Shown here: one piece after another, positions 57,101-64,000 of the stretch
Layout of the letters: every line of letters starts with the position of its first letter
Position numbering within the stretch: the stretch's first letter is position 1
IMG/VR virus record: IMGVR_UViG_3300045988_176106
DNA from: a virus
DNA length: 64,000 bases
Direction: 5' to 3' (one strand)
Program-made: the position numbers and the translations under genes
The notes under the pieces: model-generated
The model's input: only the letters and a program-made list of their open reading frames with translations
Database searches by the model: none
Told to the model about the DNA's origin: nothing

Positions 57101-58228
57101 GACGTTAATGATGATGCTACATTTAAATCTGACCTTAATGTAATTGGTACATTAGATTTGCAATCTAACGCAAATATACGGGGAAGTATAGATGTATCAG
57201 GCCCTGTAGTAGCATCTGCTAGTTTATCAGCAAAAACTATATCAACAGAAGAGCAAATGTATGTTGGATCTGATTTGAACGTTATTGGCATAACTAAGAT
57301 CGGTGGATCAATAGAAGTAAACGATGGCGCAATAATCAGGGGTGGCATATCTCTAGGTGAAGATGGTAAAATATTAACTGTGAGCAGTAACGCTCAATTT
57401 AATAATAATAAAACAATTTTCTCTGGAGAAGTTGATATAACAGATGTTTTAAATATATCTGGTGAAACTCATATCAACTCATCTATCACAATAGATGGTG
57501 CTCTTACAGCAGCTGGTAATACAACTGTTCAAGGTGTATTGACAGCAAACGTTGTTAGAACTGATGCACAGGCTGAATTTAGAGGCGGTATATCAGTTGG
57601 CAGACAAGCTAAATTAGAGGCTCTTGTTGTCGATGGTAAATCAATATTTAATAATGATGTAAACTATTATGGTACTATTGCTTACAACGGCGACATAACA
57701 ACACTATCAACATCAGTAGCTACACTTGGCACAGTTAACGTAACTAAGTTTATCAATCAGTCTGATAACTCGGGAACAAACCAATTTGCAGCATCAAGTA
57801 TATTCAATAACGATATAACAATTGCGGGCAACGCAACAATAAAAGGCTCTATAATATCTGGTACACCAACATCTGGTGTAACAATAGAAGGAAACTCTGT
57901 AACACTTAATGGCCCAACATCACTTATAACATCTAAAACAGCATTAATAGATAAAATAAGTGGCGGAGCTACTAAAGTGATAGGATCTATTTCCTCAAGA
58001 AACTCTACAGCAGCAACAAAAGCTGTAAGCCTGTCTAATAAACGCTACACAATAATGGATAATCTCTACGTAGAAGATTCTCAAGTTAACGCTAGTGATA
58101 TATTCTGTTTAGGAACATTATATGTAGGTGATATGCAGGTAATAGAGGTTCCTGGATCTAATAATAGATTTGATGAGAATTCTGCAGTGATGAACATACG
58201 TGCTGCTAGAGCTAGGTATGCCCCATAA
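54173..58228 (+). CDS. Long tail fibre protein (1351 aa) with an extended beta-helix-type repeat region
   Basis: AGGA 7 nt upstream of the ATG. Has an FNHSHNGEELG / GDDHPQYFNREGY segment. About 500 aa of degenerate short repeats is rich in G, S, T, N, V and I. Confidence 0.85.
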   Translation: MANLHLDSGALTPQHAIEAINEVSLNVENLKNIIGDVNGYGTGIGNSYKTSVSESIGDFSKVSPNIPVGVVFSDYTDSFSSVGINDFYLTLIPIGDLTIRTSDNKTYIKVEVNDLKEDNQYSVIGRKLLFLKNPIGTFTVSYKGTYPGSEYGAGFTPNCIPSPSLLAENKITKPSVVKVSDRVYEVTVSSSNTYDKTTYQKNVDFVLKDKFTKFISSTGAILAPKEEVSVWKLFNGEYQKIDDANIYLMSPSKYRFETSIPINTSDTFVLSVNNWTVSDSLALLFKFAFNHSHNGEELGSQILHSSLSGLRASRYNQADRRYGISNIQGDDHPQYFNREGYIQNNDGNFNNAIIGDVLIGSSDPHNLYNNTVGNSRKIYFGSVSDAVSLLYDFAFKGLKLYGSENGLKIETHANPNNPDNSYAVALELDGNKIYSTGDKNSLPNTLNIESKNGVTKFVNTEGGLSKIIAKTLNINDIVASGNISITDPSSTLTIGGVKFANSDGNVNVSSESGNKITFGSDVDLSNINVENMTPKTINIKGEGKILFGTQDGATLTEKDNSIVVTSKLPVVFDGSGKNTGIQNKNATYNPYMNIYTSAKNGGSSTPTDHDTYIEAGKGDIYFLKDSTVPQVENGISYGFGDSTPAGSTRLDNLTSWPKSNIHASVGNFKSTTVAVSSLRERRGVNFGDVGSIYVTGSDTECPPGWMVVESKNGVVFVDARSGAIDCQSMTYSTITTGDIKAFGSITIDENLGVTGNTSVAGDISSENINVVGKGTFGTLDIKGTSRFTGDVSFTENVGINSNLNVNGTISSSNSIKGNELFIKSRSILSGPVDLSDSLKVGGVSSFEGVITAASDLRVSGSINSANATIERISASSLKTTEAIDARGGIASSGLISSTGNIETTKDIVANIGRFSSKLSTLDFDAQGSVSISKTLTVEEKAIFNGQAVIGSKEADKLTVNGNAIFNNGKTSFVGAVDVNDDATFKSDLNVIGTLDLQSNANIRGSIDVSGPVVASASLSAKTISTEEQMYVGSDLNVIGITKIGGSIEVNDGAIIRGGISLGEDGKILTVSSNAQFNNNKTIFSGEVDITDVLNISGETHINSSITIDGALTAAGNTTVQGVLTANVVRTDAQAEFRGGISVGRQAKLEALVVDGKSIFNNDVNYYGTIAYNGDITTLSTSVATLGTVNVTKFINQSDNSGTNQFAASSIFNNDITIAGNATIKGSIISGTPTSGVTIEGNSVTLNGPTSLITSKTALIDKISGGATKVIGSISSRNSTAATKAVSLSNKRYTIMDNLYVEDSQVNASDIFCLGTLYVGDMQVIEVPGSNNRFDENSAVMNIRAARARYAP
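56381..57920 (+). repeat. Degenerate ~15-20-aa beta-helical repeats within the fibre (protein level)
   Basis: LGVTGNTSVAGDISSENINVVGKGTFGTLDIKGTSRFTGDVSFTENVGINSNLNVNGTISSSNSIKGNELFIKS... continues through ...TIAGNATIKGSIISGTPTSGVTIEGNSVTLNG. Confidence 0.75.
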
Positions 58229-58236
58229 TAAATGAC

Positions 58237-59961
58237 ATGAATACTATCACATATAACATAAAAATAGGAGGGGTCGAAAAGGCCCCTCATTTAGTGCAAT
58301 CTGATAACACTTTAAATACTATTTATGCAGTAGATACAAGAAGTTTAAATAAATCATTGTTCAATATAAGAAACACTTCTAAGGATAATGAAAATAGATT
58401 TATAAAGTTTGTATCTAAAACAATAAAGGGTATAACTGTAAAGTCTAATTCAGAAAATATATTAATAACAGATATATATGACAATGGTACACCATTGTAT
58501 AGAAAAACACCTATAAGATTTAAAGAATATGACTACATATTAATTAACGGTGTTAAGCCGGTATCCGATTCTAATTTTTTATACACAAATGATGATAGTG
58601 TTCATGTTTCTTATTACAAGAACAACTTATTGATATTGGAGTATGTAGATACAACATACCCTGTGTATATAAATTCCTCATACAAAAATTACGAATCAAT
58701 ATATTCTATAGATGGTAAAGTGTTTAAATCTGTATTTGATAAAGACCATTACACTATAACATGGAATAATACAGAAACATCGTACAAGGTATTAGATACT
58801 CCAATTTTTAATGTATCAGAATATTCTATTTATAATACTGACATGTTAAGTTTATTTATAAATAGCTTCATTATGAAAAGAAAAGGTATTAATTATTCTA
58901 CTATTAGGCACGGCCTTAATTTAGTAAAAGTAGAAAATGAAATAGCAAAGTATTCAAATAATGAGATTTTATTAAAAAATTCTGGTGTATCAAAAACTAA
59001 TATAAAGATATCTTTTATTAAAGACGGGGTGTCTGTAAAAGATATTCTAGGAAATTCTTTAGAGAATTATGAAATAGAACCCAAATATGGGTCAATTAAA
59101 CTACACAGATTTAAAGAAGAGATATCTGCAATATCTTATGATAAAGTTATAGTAGACTATTATTATTATGACTTTATATCTAATAATATAAAAATACCTA
59201 GATATATAGTAGACTCTTCTGAATATATATCTGTTGGGTTAACTAAGGATGGATTAAAATATTACGCTTATGATTCTTTTGGTTTTATTATATTTTCTAA
59301 CCATAAAATAAATAACTTGCCGTACGCAATAAATTTAGTTGATAAATCTCCTTTAAAATGGGAAATATCTGGACAGCCTGAAAATAGTGGCAATATGTAC
59401 ACTGGAGAAAAGGTAGCAGAAGATTTTATAGAGATATCAAAAATAAGCATTAAAGATATGTCAAAGCTTAAATATGTTTTAAATAAAAGACCATCCCTAC
59501 CAATATCTGGAGGACATGGGCTTAGAGAAATATATATTCCAAATCTTGCATATTGCAGAATAGTTATAGGAAAAGAAAAGGAATCGTATTTTAACTCTGG
59601 AGTTTCTGAGTTAAATGTAGGTATGTCAACCCAGGGAACATTATCATTGTATATGAGCACAGATACAAAAGTTGTATTTCAGCTAGACTACTCTAAAGAT
59701 AAATATAGTGATGATGTTGAATATGTTGATGAAGATATGCAAAAGGATCTAGATTTTAAAAATCCGACATTTATAAACAAGGACCCGTTAAAGTACGAGG
59801 TAATATATATAGATGGTAAAACATATTCCAAGCTTAATAGTATAAAGAAACACTATGATGACAAGGTTTATTTTATAGTAAACAAAGAGGACATAAAGCC
59901 GGGCTATAGATTTAGTGTAGTATACGGCGATTCAATCCCCACAATGGTGCATAAGATATGA
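58237..59961 (+). CDS. Hypothetical fibre-module protein
   Basis: 574-aa ORF. The start is uncertain: no Shine-Dalgarno site before the ATG at 58237, and a GC-rich hairpin lies within codons 11-18. GTG at 58294 is an alternative start. Confidence 0.75.
   Translation: MNTITYNIKIGGVEKAPHLVQSDNTLNTIYAVDTRSLNKSLFNIRNTSKDNENRFIKFVSKTIKGITVKSNSENILITDIYDNGTPLYRKTPIRFKEYDYILINGVKPVSDSNFLYTNDDSVHVSYYKNNLLILEYVDTTYPVYINSSYKNYESIYSIDGKVFKSVFDKDHYTITWNNTETSYKVLDTPIFNVSEYSIYNTDMLSLFINSFIMKRKGINYSTIRHGLNLVKVENEIAKYSNNEILLKNSGVSKTNIKISFIKDGVSVKDILGNSLENYEIEPKYGSIKLHRFKEEISAISYDKVIVDYYYYDFISNNIKIPRYIVDSSEYISVGLTKDGLKYYAYDSFGFIIFSNHKINNLPYAINLVDKSPLKWEISGQPENSGNMYTGEKVAEDFIEISKISIKDMSKLKYVLNKRPSLPISGGHGLREIYIPNLAYCRIVIGKEKESYFNSGVSELNVGMSTQGTLSLYMSTDTKVVFQLDYSKDKYSDDVEYVDEDMQKDLDFKNPTFINKDPLKYEVIYIDGKTYSKLNSIKKHYDDKVYFIVNKEDIKPGYRFSVVYGDSIPTMVHKI
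58268..58288 (+). other. GC-rich stem-loop just downstream of the fibre gene stop
   Basis: GAGGGGTC gaaaa GGCCCCTC: 8 bp including one G-U pair, with a 5-nt loop. It contains an AGGAGG-like tract and has no clear U-tract. Confidence 0.4.
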
Positions 59962-60350
59962 GGAAGTTTATTGAAAATCAGCAATTTAACTATGTTAATG
60001 ACATATTAAATCTATCGCTTCTTAATGGCAATATAAATAGACTTGGCATTGATTTTATAAATAGAAGCCTGCTGAGAGTATCTTTGCAAGCAAATCCATC
60101 TGTTGAATTTCTTAAAGAGTCATTAGACAGAATAGATAAACAGATTGAAGACTGGTACTCTGGATATGTTAAGAAAATAGATTTAGTAGAATCTAATAAT
60201 ATGTTTATACAGCTATTAAATCTGTCAACAGAAGATAGTGGATATTACTCTCTGTTTGAGATAGACACATCGAATTCCGACTCTGTTATATATTCCTTAT
60301 CAGACAAAGGTTATGTACTTAGCAGTTATGACGAGAAAGAACTATTATAA
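59958..60350 (+). CDS. Small hypothetical protein (fibre assembly/chaperone candidate by size and position)
   Basis: ATGA overlap; 130 aa. Confidence 0.65.
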   Translation: MRKFIENQQFNYVNDILNLSLLNGNINRLGIDFINRSLLRVSLQANPSVEFLKESLDRIDKQIEDWYSGYVKKIDLVESNNMFIQLLNLSTEDSGYYSLFEIDTSNSDSVIYSLSDKGYVLSSYDEKELL

Positions 60351-61132
60351 TGGAAATAAAGAAAACATTTTCTTCAGAGTCATTATTTTTTAATAAGATA
60401 ATACTTAAACCAAAAATATCAGATATTTTTGTAAAATCAATATCATCTATAAATAGTTCTGGAACAGTAACACCTATAATGACCAATCCTTTTTATATAG
60501 ATGATATAGTAAATATAAACAGTTTACATAAAGACTCAATAGCAATTGAGATAGTCTTCGAGCATAATAATTTTACGTCTAATACTGAAATATCAGATTA
60601 TATAGATGTAGATATATCTAGGATAAGAAGTAATTACACTGGTGTATTGAAAACTAAACCTGTCGAAATATTATGTAAAAATTATATAGCTCCTATAATA
60701 AAAATAGATAATAGCAACGGTGTTATAGTTTCTGCAGATGTAAGTGTAAGAGGCATATCTTCTGATGGAAGAACATTATTTAATGAATCACTTAATATAG
60801 GTATAGGTGATTCAAAAGAATATATATATAAAAAAGACGGCAATATAGAATTTGATAAGATAAGATTCTTTAAAGATGGCATAGTTAGTAAATATTCTAA
60901 ATCGACAAACATAGACACGTTTGATGAAGAGACAATTTATATTTGCCACCCTAAATATATAGATAGTTCAGAGAAAAAGAGTATATCGGAGAATATAGAA
61001 ATAAATAGCAACAATAATATCTTTATATTAAATAAGGATACATATAAGGTTGAATGTTCTATAACTGCTACAATACTTGATACATTGTCGTCTTATCCTA
61101 TAATAAAATATATAGGGGTAGTATCTAGATGA
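60350..61132 (+). CDS. Hypothetical fibre-module protein
   Basis: TAATG overlap; 260 aa. Confidence 0.7.
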   Translation: MEIKKTFSSESLFFNKIILKPKISDIFVKSISSINSSGTVTPIMTNPFYIDDIVNINSLHKDSIAIEIVFEHNNFTSNTEISDYIDVDISRIRSNYTGVLKTKPVEILCKNYIAPIIKIDNSNGVIVSADVSVRGISSDGRTLFNESLNIGIGDSKEYIYKKDGNIEFDKIRFFKDGIVSKYSKSTNIDTFDEETIYICHPKYIDSSEKKSISENIEINSNNNIFILNKDTYKVECSITATILDTLSSYPIIKYIGVVSR

Positions 61133-63750
61133 ATAATTTTTTAAATACATCAGAAAAGTATGTTGGGAATACTCCAAACTGGCAGTCTAATCTTATTGCA
61201 AAAGTTCAAGAAGATGGCAACAATCTAATATCAGATATAAATAAGCTCAACAATAAGATAACTAGCAATGTCGGTGAATTTGCAAAATATGTGGCCGCAT
61301 TAAGAGATAAGATGGCCGAAGCTGTAGATATGTCATTATCTATGGCCTCTATATCTGGCAATAGTAATACACAGTACGATATTTCGCCTAGTGTTATATA
61401 TTCATCAGAAAACGTTGTTGTAAAAAATAACTCTGTATATATAAAACCAAAAGTTGCAAATAGATATACAATAGAGAATATAGAAGTTGATACATCTGGA
61501 ACATATGGCAATTCTTCAGATTATGAAAATCAAAGGTTTTACAATAAAGATACTATAGTATCAGATACGCAATTTGAAGTAGAAAGATTTAACCTACCTG
61601 TGTCTGCTACCTATACAATAAGATTATCTAAATTGTCTCCAGTTAATTTAATATCTTTTAAAGATGTCAATTTTGGCGTAGACATACCAGAAATAGTATC
61701 AATAGATGTATCTTCAGATGGAAAATCTTTTAAACGTATACCGTTCACAGTATTAAATGACTCTTTAAGAAGTATACAGATAGACGAATCATTTGTTAGA
61801 GTTTTAAGAGTTACAATTGTTCAGGATAATGGATATATCTCTGATGGTAAAAGGAATAGATTTGCTATAGGCATATCAAATCTTTCGATTGGTATTACTA
61901 CAGTTGAAGAACATGGAGAGATAATATTTGGCCCATTTAATTCTGGATATGAAATTTTAAAAGCATCAATAGCTGCTAAAATAAATAATGATGGATACTC
62001 TTTTAATAATTCACAATTCTCTATTAGCCCAGATTTAACAACATGGTATGACATAAGCACTCCGTACTCTATAAGTGAAAAACCTAAACATTTAGATTTT
62101 AATAATATATCGGATGGGTCTATATCAACAGAAAACCCTGTAAGGGTTTTATATTTAAGAATAATATTCTCTGGTAAAAAATATAGCAATTCATATTCTG
62201 ATAATAGAGTACAGAAACATACACAAAGTATAACAAAAATAAATCCTGTAATAGTATCTCCATTTGATCTAGGAGAAAAATATATCTTAGGTAAACTTTT
62301 AAATAGTTATTATGGCGGAAGTATTACAACAACTTCTTACTCTGATATAACTGGGACTACAGACTATATATCATCTATAAAAAGAAATAATGAATATGTA
62401 TATAGATCTTTTGATAGTATGGGATATATGGGAGAAACTAAAGTAAGGTATACTCCTAAAAGATGCAGAGTTGAAAAAGATAATAAATATAAAATAATAT
62501 CTAGTGAGACTATAGAGCCCGAATCAGTAAAAGTATATTCATATTCAAATCCTATAAGAAGAGATATAAGAGTTGCAAATTCAGAAAATGTTGTACTAGC
62601 GTTTAATGAGCATGCCGGAGTGTATAGACTTACAGATGGGAATATATACAGGGATTTAGATTTAACATCTGGATTTTTTGAGTCATGCTTCCAATGGACT
62701 TTTAAGCCATATGAAAAAGACTTATATTTATATGGTCCATCAGGTGTAATAGTTCATACATTTAATGCTGGTGAACCTGTAAATCTTTTAGATTATTTTA
62801 CATTTATTGCTCCGTTCTCATCTGAGAAATCACCAGTAAATATGAAATTTAATAAGAAGTACCCAGAAGTTAAATTAGAAGATTCTGAATTTACTATAAT
62901 AGATGGAAAAATATTTGCACATAATAGCTCTGCTATTATAAACTCAGACTATGTAGTAAAGAATAAATTAGACATAACAACAGATTTTTCTATAAATAGT
63001 ATAGATATATACACTGATGATGTAAGATTGTCTAAAACTTCTGAATCATTAAATTCTTATGATGGATTAAAAGTTGCAAAACTGTTAAAGACTCAAATAA
63101 TTAAAGGGTCTTTAGAATTTTCATATAAGAATGCTTCAGTATTCACATTCCTTAAAGAAGTAGATTTTATAAATGGGATCGATGAATTTAATACCGGCAA
63201 CAGTATTGAAATACAATTGCCTAAGGGTGCTAATAAATTTTCATTAGGAAGGCTAATAGATCACTTTTCAGATTTAAATTTTGTAGGATATACAGACATA
63301 TTTAAGACACAAGTTTACTCTGAAGCAGAATTAATATATGCTGGAGATTATTTATTAACAGATGAAAATAATCAAACATATATAACATTAGCTGATAATG
63401 CAAAAACCCATGATTTAATAGATACATCTGTAATATTAGATACAAATATATCATCTGCTGGTACTGGATACTATTCTATTGATTACAATAATGGAATAAT
63501 ATATTCTCAATCTATAATTAGTGGTGATATAAGAGTTTCATATTTGTACTCAAATGTATTTATAGAGGGCCAAAGTATGGAAACAATAGATAAAGAAAAA
63601 TACGGAATATCTGGCAGAACTGTTACTGTAAAAGAACCATCAGACTCTGACACTTATGCTGTACTATCTTTATTAGAAGATTCTATAACGGTCAATATAA
63701 ATAAATCTCCAGTTGTATCAAATATAACATTAAATACAGTGATAGGATAA
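61129..63750 (+). CDS. Large fibre/receptor-binding candidate (873 aa), possibly with jelly-roll carbohydrate-binding-like domains
   Basis: ATGA overlap. Helical N-terminus. Segments such as SSDGKSFKRIPFTVLNDSLRSIQIDESFVRVLRVTIVQDNGY...RFAIGISNLSIG resemble discoidin/CBM-type sandwiches; this is weak. Confidence 0.75.
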   Translation: MNNFLNTSEKYVGNTPNWQSNLIAKVQEDGNNLISDINKLNNKITSNVGEFAKYVAALRDKMAEAVDMSLSMASISGNSNTQYDISPSVIYSSENVVVKNNSVYIKPKVANRYTIENIEVDTSGTYGNSSDYENQRFYNKDTIVSDTQFEVERFNLPVSATYTIRLSKLSPVNLISFKDVNFGVDIPEIVSIDVSSDGKSFKRIPFTVLNDSLRSIQIDESFVRVLRVTIVQDNGYISDGKRNRFAIGISNLSIGITTVEEHGEIIFGPFNSGYEILKASIAAKINNDGYSFNNSQFSISPDLTTWYDISTPYSISEKPKHLDFNNISDGSISTENPVRVLYLRIIFSGKKYSNSYSDNRVQKHTQSITKINPVIVSPFDLGEKYILGKLLNSYYGGSITTTSYSDITGTTDYISSIKRNNEYVYRSFDSMGYMGETKVRYTPKRCRVEKDNKYKIISSETIEPESVKVYSYSNPIRRDIRVANSENVVLAFNEHAGVYRLTDGNIYRDLDLTSGFFESCFQWTFKPYEKDLYLYGPSGVIVHTFNAGEPVNLLDYFTFIAPFSSEKSPVNMKFNKKYPEVKLEDSEFTIIDGKIFAHNSSAIINSDYVVKNKLDITTDFSINSIDIYTDDVRLSKTSESLNSYDGLKVAKLLKTQIIKGSLEFSYKNASVFTFLKEVDFINGIDEFNTGNSIEIQLPKGANKFSLGRLIDHFSDLNFVGYTDIFKTQVYSEAELIYAGDYLLTDENNQTYITLADNAKTHDLIDTSVILDTNISSAGTGYYSIDYNNGIIYSQSIISGDIRVSYLYSNVFIEGQSMETIDKEKYGISGRTVTVKEPSDSDTYAVLSLLEDSITVNINKSPVVSNITLNTVIG

Positions 63751-63754
63751 TATA

Positions 63755-64000
63755 GTGGATTTAAATAAAATATCTAGGCTTTTTGATTCATATTCGCCAA
63801 TAAATGAATCTACTATAAATAATGAAAGTTCAGATATAACACCGTTATCATTAAATAACGGTGTTTATACTGATAAAAATATTAGGGACACTTTTTGGAA
63901 TTGGCATAAGATATTATTTCATAATCAGGATAAAGTATATGAGATAACAGAGAGGGCTAATAAAGTGTACGAAAAAATGCTAAACTACACAACAGATATT
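63755..64000 (+). CDS. Next co-directional ORF, 3'-truncated by the window edge
   Basis: GTG at 63755 is 5 nt after the upstream stop. The frame is open to nt 64000 (VDLNKISRLFDSYSPINEST...KVYEKMLNYTTDI). It is absent from the ORF track because no stop lies in the window. Confidence 0.5.
   Translation, partial: MDLNKISRLFDSYSPINESTINNESSDITPLSLNNGVYTDKNIRDTFWNWHKILFHNQDKVYEITERANKVYEKMLNYTTDI

Noticed and set aside
54173-58228. Diversity-generating retroelement or other targeted hypervariation in the fibre genes (template/variable repeat pair).
   Set aside because: No reverse transcriptase ORF in the window, and I saw no pair of near-identical nucleotide repeats differing at adenines. The fibre repeats are degenerate at the DNA level.
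1-64000. CRISPR arrays, tRNA/rRNA genes, integrase, transposase, or known defence/anti-defence cassettes.
   Set aside because: The longest intergenic gap I found is about 80 nt, between the capsid gene and the next ORF, and it contains the terminator; the other gaps are shorter. There is no regularly spaced direct-repeat pattern, no cloverleaf-sized non-coding gap, and no recombinase motifs in any ORF.

Overview
The window is one co-directional (+ strand), very densely packed, AT-rich late/structural gene array of a large contractile-tailed (myovirus-type) phage. About 50 genes are frequently joined by ATGA/TAATG overlaps. I saw no rRNA, tRNA or CRISPR array, no integrase or transposase, and no credible minus-strand gene.

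Gene order:
- a 5'-truncated gene carrying the C-terminal half of a mini-intein
- a small PD-(D/E)xK nuclease
- a DEDDh exonuclease with a membrane-like tail
- a Gly/Ala-rich membrane-like protein
- large terminase
- four unknown ORFs, one with an HxH metal-binding-type repeat
- portal
- S78-like prohead protease fused to an acidic scaffold-like domain
- an abundant head protein
- HK97-type major capsid protein, followed by a strong terminator
- about 10 kb of orphan virion ORFs
- neck proteins
- tail sheath, followed by a terminator
- three tandem tail-tube paralogs
- two chaperone-like ORFs
- three giant proteins (1274, 1664 and 2018 aa)
- spike, gp25/W-like and J-like baseplate genes
- a long distal fibre module, including a 1351-aa beta-helical fibre

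Most interesting candidates:
- The second tube paralog is fused to an apparently catalytically intact staphylococcal-nuclease (SNase) domain, that is, a nuclease-armed tail tube.
- A 2018-aa hub fusion carries M23 peptidase, lytic-transglycosylase-like and gpD/gp27-like domains plus a C-terminal transmembrane cluster.
- Gly-zipper hydrophobic segments recur in five large proteins, suggesting an ejected, membrane-inserting protein set.
- A nuclease pair sits between a homing-endonuclease-less mini-intein and the terminase.

All functional calls come from motifs I can read in the translations plus synteny. No homology search was possible, so the orphan calls are deliberately left open.
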